Assembly (NCBI GenBank): GCA_020633975.1 | Contig: JACKCR010000006.1 | Coordinates: 13,100-77,099 of the forward strand | Length of the DNA: 64,000 nt | Source: Candidatus Eiseniibacteriota bacterium | GTDB taxonomy: Bacteria > Eisenbacteria > RBG-16-71-46 > CAIMUX01 | Reading direction: 5' to 3' | Part shown: one piece after another, positions 52,033-61,695 of the stretch | How the letters are laid out: every line of letters begins with the position of its first letter | Position numbering within the stretch: position 1 is the first letter of the stretch | Notes under the pieces: model-generated | Told to the model about the DNA's origin: nothing | The model's database searches: none | Seen by the model: the letters and a program-made list of their open reading frames with translations, nothing else | Translations under genes and position numbers: made by a program

Positions 52033-52776
52033 TCACTGCCATCGAACGTGAATGTCCTCCATCGTCGGTCGAGTCTCGTCCTTCGGTCCTCCGTAGTGCC
52101 ACCGGATCTCGTTCCCCGAGCGGTCGTACCACGACGGGCTGATGTGCTGAACTGCGTCCGGCGGAATGTCCTCCAAGGTCACGACGATTTCCGCGACCTC
52201 GATCGGGCCCGCCCAGTGGCCACCGGTGAGGAGGATGTACTCGAAGAAGTAGTTGGGTGGGGTGCTGGCGTCGTGTCCCGGGCTGGAGGTGTACTCGTTG
52301 CGAATGCACTTCACCTCCTGCTCCGCGAACTCGACGGTCTTGACCATCCAGGTGCGGTAGTCGCCGTACGATTGGTAGTCGACGTCGGGCATCGGGACGA
52401 CCGCTGTGCTGTCCCCGTTCACGAACGAGCGGAACGAGCGGAATGGACGGCTTCCCTCGACGTCAGCTCCGTACGAGTTGTTGGGGAATCCGATCGTAAC
52501 CGTGGTGGCAGGGCCGTCGTTCCAGAGGAAGAAGACGCACTCGACCTTCACTTCATCGTTGCTCACCCAGGCGTGGACGAACTCGGAGTAGAGGTGGACG
52601 GAGGGGTGTTCGTCCATCAGCCGAACGCCTCCGCCGACATTGACGATCGCGCCATCGTTGCCTAGTGCGACCGGTACCACTACCGATGCCGCGAGCAAGG
52701 TCACAACGGAGACCACGACTACGAGAGCGGAACTCCACCACGAGGTGGATCCACGAACCAACGACAGGATTTCCAT
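52033..52776 (-). CDS. Secreted hypothetical protein, DUF4424-like
   Basis: 247 aa with signal/TM WWSSALVVVVSVVTLLAASVVVPVALG. NDGAIVNVGGGVRLMDEHPSVHLYSEFVHAWVSNDEVKVECVFFLWNDGPATTVTIGFP parallels the DUF4424 N-terminal pattern. Confidence 0.5.
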   Translation of the reverse strand: MEILSLVRGSTSWWSSALVVVVSVVTLLAASVVVPVALGNDGAIVNVGGGVRLMDEHPSVHLYSEFVHAWVSNDEVKVECVFFLWNDGPATTVTIGFPNNSYGADVEGSRPFRSFRSFVNGDSTAVVPMPDVDYQSYGDYRTWMVKTVEFAEQEVKCIRNEYTSSPGHDASTPPNYFFEYILLTGGHWAGPIEVAEIVVTLEDIPPDAVQHISPSWYDRSGNEIRWHYGGPKDETRPTMEDIHVRWQ

Positions 52777-52897
52777 GATTACTCGATCCTCACCGGCATC
52801 CAGAACGACATGGGAACGGGACCGTCCGACCGATGTGCAGGCACGTCGATCGGTTCCGGCATCACGACGTCCTCGGTGATGAAAGCAGGCAGTGGCG

Positions 52898-53356
52898 CTA
52901 TCCGCTGCAGCGAGTGACGATCCACCGTTGTTCCTTCACCATTCGATAGTCACCCGGTAGAAGCCAGTACTCCATGCCTGTGTCGCGATTCCAGCTCGTG
53001 ACGCTCACGACGATGAAGTCGAGGTAGTGGCTGTCGAGAGTTTCCTCCCACCACGCGTCCGAGTAGGGCGCCGACGTCGGGCTTGGTGGTGGAGGAAGTT
53101 CTCCTTCCAAGTCGCGGCGCAAGGCCCGGCCCGTCGATACATGCCAGCTCGTTGGCCGTTCGGGACACGTAGGCAACATTCGAGCGGCGTGGATCGCCGC
53201 GAGTGCGGGCCCGGGGGACACCTTTGGGTCGACATGGAGGTATGGCAAGAGGAGTGGGGCGGGAGTCGCGTGACACACGGTGGCTGTGACAGCAATCCCG
53301 AGCAAAGCTGCTGCGACGGCCGAGACGGTGTGCGTCATGTGGCCCCTCCTTGCCAA
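52898..53356 (-). CDS. Secreted hypothetical protein
   Basis: 152 aa (or 146 aa from the ATG at 53338). Signal peptide TVSAVAAALLGIAVTATVCHA. No recognisable motif. Confidence 0.4.
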   Translation of the reverse strand: MARRGHMTHTVSAVAAALLGIAVTATVCHATPAPLLLPYLHVDPKVSPGPALAAIHAARMLPTCPERPTSWHVSTGRALRRDLEGELPPPPSPTSAPYSDAWWEETLDSHYLDFIVVSVTSWNRDTGMEYWLLPGDYRMVKEQRWIVTRCSG

Positions 53357-53756
53357 GTCCTCTTCCGCCGGTCAGGGCCGAGTGTACCAGTCGTGTCCGC
53401 GAGAGGCAGGCGCGAAAGCCGATCCGCAGTTTGGCTCCGTCCGCGGGGAGTTGCGCGCCGCAGAATCCGTTCTCTCGAATGGACCTCCGCCCGTTCGCGA
53501 ATCCTTGCGCGTGGGTCGAGACGAAGTGACCGGTCGACTGTCACGCTCGGCCGACTCGAACTCCGTGAACCCGGCTCTAGCCGTGACCTTCCGTCAGTTC
53601 TCCCCGACGTTGCGACCCAAAGACTTGCGCGGACGTTCACGAATCCTGACCCACCAAGAGCAACGGACTCGTCGTCGACCTGTGCCGCTGGCATCCGCGT
53701 TGCTCTGACTCCGGTTGGTTCCCACAAGGATACGAACCCGAACTCAGGAGGCATCC

Positions 53757-54305
53757 ATGAAGCCCTTGCTCCCCGCACTCGCCATTCTGGCGCTAGCTGT
53801 GTCGACATCCTTTTCACAGTCGGTCGTGAACTCCTCGGTCATCCCGTGCGACGCACTGGGAGGTGTCATCGTCTGTCCCGACATGCCGAACCCGATCCCG
53901 GCAACCAAGGTGACGGTGGTGGTCCGGGATGCCGGCAACAACCCGATGCCGAACGTCCCCGTCAACCTCGGGTTCGGGTCCGGCGCGATCAACGTTTGCC
54001 CGGGAGCGATCTTGAGCGGCGTGACGAACGCGAACGGAGAAGCGTTTCTGCTACTGGCGGCGGGCGGATGCGACCAGAATCCGAGTGCGGCCAAGATCGT
54101 CGCAAACGGAATCCCACTTCGCACCTTCGTCGTCAAGAGTCCGGACTTCGACGGCGCTGGCGGCGACAAGGCCGTCAACTTGGCGGATCTCGCGTCGTTC
54201 AGTTCTGGCGTGCCGTGCCATGACTATGACAACAACGGAACGGTCGGCTTGAGCGATCTCATCGTCTTCGCCCAGGCGTTCGTGAATCCCGCCTGGTGTC
54301 CATAG
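53757..54305 (+). CDS. Secreted protein with an Ig-like (carboxypeptidase-regulatory-like) module and dockerin-like calcium-binding repeats
   Basis: ATG at 53757 lies 6 nt after AGGAGG. Signal peptide MKPLLPALAILALAVSTSFSQS. VVVRDAGNNPMPNVPVNLGF ... TNANGEAFLLL, then DFDGAGGDKAVNLADLASF and DYDNNGTVGLSDLIVFAQAF. Confidence 0.6.
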   Translation: MKPLLPALAILALAVSTSFSQSVVNSSVIPCDALGGVIVCPDMPNPIPATKVTVVVRDAGNNPMPNVPVNLGFGSGAINVCPGAILSGVTNANGEAFLLLAAGGCDQNPSAAKIVANGIPLRTFVVKSPDFDGAGGDKAVNLADLASFSSGVPCHDYDNNGTVGLSDLIVFAQAFVNPAWCP

Positions 54306-54541
54306 CCTTCTTCTGGTCCGACGGTGCGGGCGCTCGCTTCATCCTCAGTGAGGCAGGCCACGTCTATTGTGGCTCCGGATCTCCGAGGAATGTGTCCGAC
54401 CGCACCTGTTTGCTATAGTGAAGTTCAAGCGGGGTCTACTTCTATCGCCTTACCGCGGGAGAGTTCCGAGCGACGGAGCGGCTCGCCGTCACACGGTGAG
54501 CTTAAGGGGCGAGAGTTCCCGGTCCCTCGACCAGCTTGAGC

Positions 54542-54572
54542 GAGAGTGGTCACTCTGAGAGTGACCACTCTC
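54542..54572. other. 31-nt near-perfect palindrome / 14-bp hairpin in a 450-nt intergenic region
   Basis: GAGAGTGGTCACTC (54542-54555), TGA, GAGTGACCACTCTC (54559-54572): a perfect 14-bp stem with a 3-nt loop. Confidence 0.6.
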
Positions 54573-54755
54573 TCCGTTGCGATGCCGTGCGGACGGAACT
54601 CCCGGATTGGTCTGGGTCCCAGAGGCGCCTCCGGGCAGTTTCGACGCGACTTGCCTGGGAGCGCGGAGAACAACTACAACCGCGGTGTTCCCGAGCCCGC
54701 CGATGTATGCGTCCACTCCCGGTGACGAGACCGATCTGGGAGGAAGGAGGAAGCC

Positions 54756-55604
54756 GTGAAGCGACCGACGCTCCTGGCGCTCGTTTGCTGTCTCTTGGCC
54801 CCCGCGGCGTCGGCACAACAGCCAAGTGAACTCGAACGTGAGACCGAGCACCTGAAGATCCTGTGGGTCGAGGGAACCCGTCCGGAACTCGTCGACACGG
54901 CTGCGAGTGAGGGCGAGCGGTTCTACGCGTCGATCGCACAGCTCCTGGGAGAGGCGCCCGAGTTCAAGATCGCGGTCGTTCTCCAGGGGCCGTCGGAGCA
55001 GCCGAACGGTGAACGTAAGGCTCCGCACGTAGATCCGTTCGGGCGGATCCTGCTCTACTCCTACGACCCGTCGGGCTACTCGTACTTCAGCGCACTCGCG
55101 CACGAGATGGTGCATGCATTCCGGTTCGCGCGTCGACGAACCGCGGACTGGTTCTTCGAGGAAGGACTCGCCGAGATGGTTGCGCTACGGGTGGACGACT
55201 CTCTCGCAGGATTCCCGTGGTTCGACTATCCGGTCGACCTCGTAGCAGGTCAGTGGATCGAGCGCGGCGAGGACATCCCGCTGCAGGTGATGCGGGAGCG
55301 TCATCGTGAGACGAACATGGCCTGCCGCGCCCAGACCTACACGCTGCGGTCCTCGTTCTTCGACTATCTGGGCCGGACCTATGGAGACTCCGTCATCGTT
55401 GCCATGGCGAGTCGGGAACCAGCTGGAGCGCTCGAAGACTACGAGGATCTCCTGGGCGAGGAGTTCGACACTCTCGCCGTGGAGTGGCGGCAGTTCCTAG
55501 TCGAGTCCTACCGCAACATCCCGGATAGGGAGGTGAAGGCCGATCGCTTCCGGACGGAGTCCCCGATCCAGTACATCCCGGTGTGCGGAGCGGAGGATTA
55601 CTGA
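54756..55604 (+). CDS. Secreted putative zinc metallopeptidase (HExxH)
   Basis: GTG start preceded by GGAGGAAGGAGGAAG. Signal peptide MKRPTLLALVCCLLAPAASA. FSALAHEMVHAFRF and a downstream EEGLAEM (possible third ligand). Confidence 0.6.
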   Translation: MKRPTLLALVCCLLAPAASAQQPSELERETEHLKILWVEGTRPELVDTAASEGERFYASIAQLLGEAPEFKIAVVLQGPSEQPNGERKAPHVDPFGRILLYSYDPSGYSYFSALAHEMVHAFRFARRRTADWFFEEGLAEMVALRVDDSLAGFPWFDYPVDLVAGQWIERGEDIPLQVMRERHRETNMACRAQTYTLRSSFFDYLGRTYGDSVIVAMASREPAGALEDYEDLLGEEFDTLAVEWRQFLVESYRNIPDREVKADRFRTESPIQYIPVCGAEDY

Positions 55605-55625
55605 CCGGACACGTGAAGACCAGAT

Positions 55626-58181
55626 CTACCGATTGGTGGCCGTCCGGATCGACTTCGCCAAGTCGGGCTTCCAATCGTCGTACAGGGAAGCAAGAGTCTC
55701 CTGGATCTGCTCTCGTCGGCTGTCGGGGACATCGGCCGAACCTCTCGCTTCTTCCCACGCGTGAACGAGCAGCGGCTCCGCCTCGGCCCGTCGGCCTTGA
55801 TCGAGGAGGCACTGCCCGAGTCGACACTCACTCCACAGTAGACTGGGGTGCGAAGGTGAGAGGTGCTCACGACGAATCTGAAGGGCCTCACGATACGCGT
55901 CTTCGGCTGATTCGTGCTGACCGGCCGCGGTGAGGATCGACCCCAAGATGGTGAGGCTCTTCGCGCAGTAGGGGTGGTTCGCCCCGAGTGATTGCCGACG
56001 TACCTCGAGCGAGGCCCGAGCACTCTCCTCGGCGAGCTCCAGCTCGTCGAGGTTTCGGTAGAGCACGGCGAGGTTCGCGAGATCTCCCGCGACGTACGGG
56101 TGGTCCTCGCCGAGCGTGTCACGATCCCGCTCCAGCACGGCTTGGAGTACGGGGAGAGCCTCGTCGTACCGCCCGGCGGTGCTGAGGGCTGCGGCGAGAT
56201 TCGCTTGGACCGTTGCCACCATGTGGTGCTCGCTTCCGGCGGTTCGTACGAGCATCTCGAGCGCGTTCCGGTAGAGGTCGATCGCTTCGTCGTAGTTCTC
56301 CTGATTTCGCAGGACGACTGCGAGGTTGCTGATAAGGGTCGCGACCTCGGGGTCTTCCGTCCCCGCGGCTCGGTGAATCGCGAGCGTCTCTCGATAGAGG
56401 CGTTCAGCCTCTGCGAATCGGCCGAGGTTCTTGTAGACGACTGCCAGGTTCGTTCGCGCGGTCGACGTCTGTGGGGCGTCGGCTCCCAGTTGTTCCGTGA
56501 ACATGGACAGGGCCTGGCTCGCAATCGAGTCGGCACGCTCGTAGCGACCGGCGTGGACCAGTGCGATCCCCAGGTCGTTGAGCGCTTGTGCCAGTTCGGG
56601 GCCTGCGGGCCGCGCTACTCGAAGCGTGGAGACGGCGGACTCCATGTGCGAGATGGCCTCGTCGTACTGCCCCAAGGCGTCGAACGTGTTTCCCAAGGTC
56701 AGTTGTGCCGCTGCGAGGACCTCGGGTTCGTCCGACAGTTCTTCCTCCAGGGATGCCGCGGTGTTCTCTAGCACTTCCCTCACCGTGACGTCCCGATCGC
56801 CAACCTCGGGATCGGCCGACTGGAGCATGGATTGGAGGAACTGGTTCACGCGCTCGGCCTTTCGGGCTTGTCGAGACGCTTCCTGATGGGCGGCTTCCGA
56901 GCGGACATAGAGCGTCGTGGAGACGACGAGTCCGGTCGCGAGAACGAGCAATACAGAAGCCCCGGCCACGAACGCCGTTCGGTGCCGCGCAACGAGCTTC
57001 CGGAATCGATAGGCCATGCTCGGTGGCCCCGCTTCCACCGGCTCTCCTCGCAGATAGCGTGCTAGTTCCTCCTCGAGTTCGGCTGCGGACTGGTATCGCC
57101 GACTCCGATCTGGGTCGAGAGCCCGAAGCGTGATCCAGTCTAGTTCCCCTCGAAGGGCGCGGGCCAGCGCCGCAGGGGTCTTCTCCGAACGCTCTGTCGC
57201 GGCGAGTTCGGAACGCCTTTCCACCACGCGACGGCTCGGGGGCGAGGGCAAGACTCCGGAGCGGCTCCTCTCTCGCGAGGGGAGGCTCTCTCGGCCGTCG
57301 AATGGTCGACCGTCCGTGGACGACTCTGGGCGTGCGGCCGCGAGGGCGCGTGTTCCGGTGAGAAGCTCGTAGAGCACGGCTCCCAGGGAGTACACGTCAG
57401 TGGTGACGTCGATGTCCGTGTTCATCGGATCCGCTTGCTCGGGGCTCATGTACTCGGGAGTGCCAATGAGCTGCCCTGGCAACGTGACCGTGTCTCCGGA
57501 GTCGATCTTCCGTTCCGTGGCCTTGGCGATTCCAAAATCGATGACCATGGGACGTGGGGCATCGTCCGAGGTCGCGACGAGGATGTTCGAGGGTTTGATG
57601 TCACGGTGGATCACGCCACGCTGGTGTGCGTGCTGGATTGCTGCGCATACGACCGACATCAGCTCGACTCGGGCGCGGACATCGAGGTGCGCGAGATCGC
57701 AGTACCTGGTGATGTCGACGCCCGGGACGTACTCCATGGCAAAGAATGGGTGACCGCGATCCGTCGATCCCGCGTCGTAGACCTGGGCGATGTTCGGGTG
57801 GTGGAGACGTGCCAGCGTTTGGCGTTCGGATTCGAACCGCGCGATCACGGCTTCCGTGTCGAGACCGGGTTTGATCAGTTTGAGGGCGACGCGTCTCTCG
57901 ATCGGCTCACTCTGCTCGGCGAGATAGACGGCACCCATTCCGCCTTCCCCCAACCGCGAGAGAAGCCGGTAGGGGCCCACCGTTTCCGGAACCCCGCTCG
58001 GCAGCGCTTCCACATAGCTCGCCGATCCAGCAGTTCTGAGGAGCGAGGGGAGGGCGTCCCGTTCCTTCAAGAGCTGTTCAACGTCCCGACGGAGATCGGG
58101 CTCCTCTCGGCAGGCCTCGTCGAGGAAAGGCCGAACCTCGCTCTCGGCCTTGCCAAGGGCCTGTTCCAAGATCTCGCGCAC
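55626..58181 (-). CDS. Ser/Thr protein kinase with a TM helix and an extracytoplasmic TPR array
   Basis: 851 aa. GEGGMGAVYLAEQ ... VALKLIK ... HRDIKPSNILV ... DFGIAK ... GTPEYMSPEQ (Hanks kinase). TM helix AFVAGASVLLVLATGLVVSTTLYV. Then many TPR units (LNDLGIALVHAGRYERA, NLAVVYKNLGRFAEAERLY ...). Confidence 0.9.
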   Translation of the reverse strand: MREILEQALGKAESEVRPFLDEACREEPDLRRDVEQLLKERDALPSLLRTAGSASYVEALPSGVPETVGPYRLLSRLGEGGMGAVYLAEQSEPIERRVALKLIKPGLDTEAVIARFESERQTLARLHHPNIAQVYDAGSTDRGHPFFAMEYVPGVDITRYCDLAHLDVRARVELMSVVCAAIQHAHQRGVIHRDIKPSNILVATSDDAPRPMVIDFGIAKATERKIDSGDTVTLPGQLIGTPEYMSPEQADPMNTDIDVTTDVYSLGAVLYELLTGTRALAAARPESSTDGRPFDGRESLPSRERSRSGVLPSPPSRRVVERRSELAATERSEKTPAALARALRGELDWITLRALDPDRSRRYQSAAELEEELARYLRGEPVEAGPPSMAYRFRKLVARHRTAFVAGASVLLVLATGLVVSTTLYVRSEAAHQEASRQARKAERVNQFLQSMLQSADPEVGDRDVTVREVLENTAASLEEELSDEPEVLAAAQLTLGNTFDALGQYDEAISHMESAVSTLRVARPAGPELAQALNDLGIALVHAGRYERADSIASQALSMFTEQLGADAPQTSTARTNLAVVYKNLGRFAEAERLYRETLAIHRAAGTEDPEVATLISNLAVVLRNQENYDEAIDLYRNALEMLVRTAGSEHHMVATVQANLAAALSTAGRYDEALPVLQAVLERDRDTLGEDHPYVAGDLANLAVLYRNLDELELAEESARASLEVRRQSLGANHPYCAKSLTILGSILTAAGQHESAEDAYREALQIRREHLSPSHPSLLWSECRLGQCLLDQGRRAEAEPLLVHAWEEARGSADVPDSRREQIQETLASLYDDWKPDLAKSIRTATNR

Positions 58182-58214
58182 TTTGTCGAAGCGAGTGGAG
58201 ATCGCACCCCTCCT

Positions 58215-58799
58215 CTAGTCTGTCGGTTCGTCCTCCGCGCCTCGCTTGAGTTCTCTGGAGAGCCAGAGTTTGGCCACCGACCAATCCGACTTCACCGTCC
58301 GAGGAGAGACGCCGAGGACGTGAGCGACATCGTCGCCCGTCATTCCTCCGAAGAACTTCAGTTCGACCACTCTCGCGGCCCGCTCGTCTTCGCGAGCCAA
58401 GCTCTCGAGAGCTCTCTCGAAGTCCAGCAGGTCGATCACCGAATCACTCGGACCCTCGACTCCGGTGAGAGGAATGCGCTTCCAGCCACCCCCTCGCTTG
58501 CGCGCTCCGTGGCGTCGCGCGTGATCGAGAAGGACTCGTCTCATCGCTCCGGCCGCGACCGCAAGGAAGTGCGCGCGCTCCTGCCACACCACTCGTTCCT
58601 GATTCACGAGACGAAGGTACGCCTCGTGGACCAAAGCGGTGGGCTGGAGCGTGTGATCCGGCCGCTCTCCTCCGAGGAACCGGAGTGCCAGGCCACGAAG
58701 CTCTACATATACAGCCTCGGTGAGCTGGTTCGTCAGCTCAGCAGTGGACTCCTCACCCAGTTCGTGAAGGAGAGCCGTGACGTCTTGCCGTGGATTCAC
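58215..58799 (-). CDS. ECF sigma factor of the kinase-associated (ECF43 / TIGR02999-like) type
   Basis: GTG at 58799 inside ORF 58215..58967. DVTALLHELGEESTAELTNQLTEAVYVELRGLALRFL ... TLQPTALVHEAYLRL (region 2) and RVVELKFFGGMTGDDVAHVLGVSPRTVKSDWSVAKLWL (region 4). Ends 33 nt upstream of the kinase. Confidence 0.8.
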   Translation of the reverse strand: MNPRQDVTALLHELGEESTAELTNQLTEAVYVELRGLALRFLGGERPDHTLQPTALVHEAYLRLVNQERVVWQERAHFLAVAAGAMRRVLLDHARRHGARKRGGGWKRIPLTGVEGPSDSVIDLLDFERALESLAREDERAARVVELKFFGGMTGDDVAHVLGVSPRTVKSDWSVAKLWLSRELKRGAEDEPTD

Positions 58800-58949
58800 G
58801 CTCGTGCCTCGTGACGGATGGATCGGGACGGGAAGAGGGTAGCAGAACCCTTCGTGCGAAAAAGTGCGCTCGTCATTGCCCCCTTCCTCGGTCGTTTGCG
58901 CGTAGGGACCGAGACCCCGATGACGATCCGCCAGAAGGAGGAGATTCTG

Positions 58950-61499
58950 ATGAACCGCTTTCCGCAACCGTGGCGACCGGCGTCCACCACGTCTCGGACG
59001 TACCGATCCGCCGTCGCTCGTGTATGTGACCTGTATCTCGTTGCCATGTTGTTGCTTGGGGGACTTTGTCTTGCTTCCTCTGGCCGCTCGGCTCTAGGCG
59101 GGACCACGCCCGAGGCGGCGACGGCACTCGAGGGGCCGGCCGTGGAGCGCGACTACTTCGACCAATGGCACTGGCCGCACGGAGCGGTGCTCGACCCGGC
59201 TTTGGTGGCTGGCATGTGGCAAGGTGTGCAACGTGTCGGAGTGGCCGGGGCAGGAAGTCAGAGCACGGAGCCATGGCGATTCCTCGGACCGTTCGGGATG
59301 TCCGTGGCCGGGGGGCATCACTACTCCGGTCGTCTCCTCGACATCGACGGCAACAGTCCAACTCTGCGGTTCGCGTCCGCGAGCGGCGGACTCTGGGAGT
59401 ACTTCCTCTTCATCCCGATTCCGCTGACTGAAACCCTCTCTTCCCAAGCGATCGGGACGGTAGCGACGGATCCATTGAACGAAGACCACATGTTCGCCGG
59501 GACAGGGGAAGGACGGATGCGATCCGGGACCGGGCTCTGGGAGACCTGGGATCGCGGTGTCACCTGGTCCTACGTTCCGCTGCCGGACCAGCCCTCGGCC
59601 TGCTATCGCGTTCGCTACGTGCCGGGGCGTCCGACCCATCTCTTTGCAGCAACCACTGCGGGCCTGTTCAAGTCCACCGACAACGGCCTGTCGTGGACGG
59701 TGTCGTTAGGCGGCGAGATCCCCGACCTCGCCATCTGGCCGCACGACCCGGACCGGATGTGGGTCGGACGTTGGGGGGACGCTGTCTATGAGTCGACCGA
59801 CGCGGGGGCGACGTGGGTACGCGTCGTTGGAGCCGGCCTACCGACCTCGAACGTCGGGCGCGTCGCCCTCACGGTCCATCCGGGGTTCCCTGCCATCGTC
59901 TACGCCTCCATCGCGCGACAGAGCGACGGTGGAATGCTCGGCGTCTACCGAAGTCTGGGAGGGTCCTCCTGGACGAACGTCTCTCCACCCGAAGACTTCC
60001 TCACTCCGCAGGGGGGCTACGACAACGTTCTCGCAGTGAGCCCGGAAGACTGGCAACGCGTCCTGATTGGTGGCGTGAGCGCCTGGCTCACGCAAGATGG
60101 CGGCCTCAGCTGGACCCGGATCGCCGATCCCGACATGCATGCCGACATCCACGCCATTCTCTGGCGCGACGGCTCCGAAGTCTGGGTCGGTCACGATGGT
60201 GGCTTCTGCTACTCGGGCGACGCTGGCCTCAACTGGGCTAGTGACATCGACGTTCTTCCCACCGTCCAGTTCTACAACATCGACGTCGGAGACAACGAGC
60301 CGAACGTCATGGGCGGAGGCACGCAAGACAACGGCATCACGATGACCCTCGATGGTGCGGTCTGGTCACAGGAGATTCCGCAGGACGGCTCCGGCTTCGT
60401 CGTTGGAGTGCGGAATCCGGTGGAACGACTCTGGGCAACCTGGGGACCCAGAGGTGGGAACTGGCTGTTCCCACCGACTCGAACCGGGAACCGAGGTGCG
60501 AGTTGGGAAGTGCACGCCGACGGAATCGATCCGAATCAGCAATGGTGGACGGAGATCACGCACGACCATGTCGATCCGGTGTACTTGTACTCGTACGCCG
60601 GGGGATACGTGTACCGGTCTCTCGACGATGGACTCACCTGGCAGAAGCTCAACACGACACCGTTTTCCTGGACGGTCGACACGTTTGCCGTCACACGCTG
60701 GCAGCCCGGAGGCTCCAAGGTGTGGGCTGCAACCGCCTCCGGACAGTCGCATCAGCTCCACGTCTGGGACGGTAGCAGCTGGATCGATCGCACGGCCGGT
60801 CTCCCGAACGGGCGCAGGATCCGTCGCGTGACCACGGTGGACTTCGCCCCCGAAACGGCGTACGTGCTGATGCAAGGCATCGCGTCCGGAGCCCAGGCCT
60901 ACCGCACGTTCGACCTCGGAGCGACCTGGATCAACATCACGGGAGATCTGCCCGCAGTGCCGGTTGGCGACATCGTCCAACATCCCACCAACTCCAACCT
61001 CCTCTACCTCGGGACGGAGATGGGCTGCTTCCGTTCGACGAACGGCGGGACGAACTGGCTTCGGTGGAACGACGGAATGCCGGAGGCCAACATCGTCACG
61101 GACTTCGCGACCATCGACAGCCTCGAGACGGTCGGGCGGTACTACATCGTCGCGGGAACCTACGGACGAGGTCTCTGGAAGAGGGAGGTATCGAGTGAAG
61201 ATCCAGCTGGAATCGAAGAGCTTCGCGAGAACCTCACTGCTGTGCAGCTCTCCGCTCCTAGACCGCATCCGGCGCGTGGTAGGACGGAGGTCACGTTCTC
61301 CCTTCGGAGCGCGGCGGAGGTGACGCTGGAGATCTTCGACGTGAATGGACGGCGCATTCGTGAGCTCCTGAACGAGCAGAGAAGTGCAGGGTCTCATACG
61401 GTTCCGATTCTCGTCGACGATCTGCCGTCTGGTGTCTTCGTGCTGCGCCTGCGTGCGGGCGACCACGAGGCCGCGAGGAGGCTCGTGGTTGCTCGATGA
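58950..61499 (+). CDS. Secreted BNR/Asp-box repeat (sortilin/VPS10-like propeller) protein with a FlgD-Ig/T9SS-type C-terminal domain
   Basis: ATG at 58950 lies 8 nt after AAGGAGGAG. Asp-boxes STDNGLSWT, STDAGATWV, TQDGGLSWT, SGDAGLNWA, SLDDGLTWQ, TFDLGATWI and STNGGTNWL. The C-terminal domain is at 61257-61496. Confidence 0.8.
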   Translation: MNRFPQPWRPASTTSRTYRSAVARVCDLYLVAMLLLGGLCLASSGRSALGGTTPEAATALEGPAVERDYFDQWHWPHGAVLDPALVAGMWQGVQRVGVAGAGSQSTEPWRFLGPFGMSVAGGHHYSGRLLDIDGNSPTLRFASASGGLWEYFLFIPIPLTETLSSQAIGTVATDPLNEDHMFAGTGEGRMRSGTGLWETWDRGVTWSYVPLPDQPSACYRVRYVPGRPTHLFAATTAGLFKSTDNGLSWTVSLGGEIPDLAIWPHDPDRMWVGRWGDAVYESTDAGATWVRVVGAGLPTSNVGRVALTVHPGFPAIVYASIARQSDGGMLGVYRSLGGSSWTNVSPPEDFLTPQGGYDNVLAVSPEDWQRVLIGGVSAWLTQDGGLSWTRIADPDMHADIHAILWRDGSEVWVGHDGGFCYSGDAGLNWASDIDVLPTVQFYNIDVGDNEPNVMGGGTQDNGITMTLDGAVWSQEIPQDGSGFVVGVRNPVERLWATWGPRGGNWLFPPTRTGNRGASWEVHADGIDPNQQWWTEITHDHVDPVYLYSYAGGYVYRSLDDGLTWQKLNTTPFSWTVDTFAVTRWQPGGSKVWAATASGQSHQLHVWDGSSWIDRTAGLPNGRRIRRVTTVDFAPETAYVLMQGIASGAQAYRTFDLGATWINITGDLPAVPVGDIVQHPTNSNLLYLGTEMGCFRSTNGGTNWLRWNDGMPEANIVTDFATIDSLETVGRYYIVAGTYGRGLWKREVSSEDPAGIEELRENLTAVQLSAPRPHPARGRTEVTFSLRSAAEVTLEIFDVNGRRIRELLNEQRSAGSHTVPILVDDLPSGVFVLRLRAGDHEAARRLVVAR

Positions 61500-61524
61500 C
61501 GAACGAGTAGGTCCTCGGGTCCGG

Positions 61525-61554
61525 CCCTCCGCCTGGCTGGCAGCGGGCGGAGGG
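61525..61554 (+). terminator. Hairpin after the BNR-repeat gene
   Basis: CCCTCCGCC (61525-61533) pairs with GGCGGAGGG (61546-61554): 9 bp with a 12-nt loop. No U-tract. Confidence 0.3.
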
Positions 61555-61695
61555 GGACCTAGCTCCGGTGTCGCGTATCGAGTGGCTGCCGGTAGTGGAA
61601 GGAGTGCCTCGGTGTGCGGGGTTCGCTAAGATGGAGGAGTAGACGAACGTTCAACACGCCTTTCTTCGAGCAGCGGTGCTCCACGGGACGCGACG

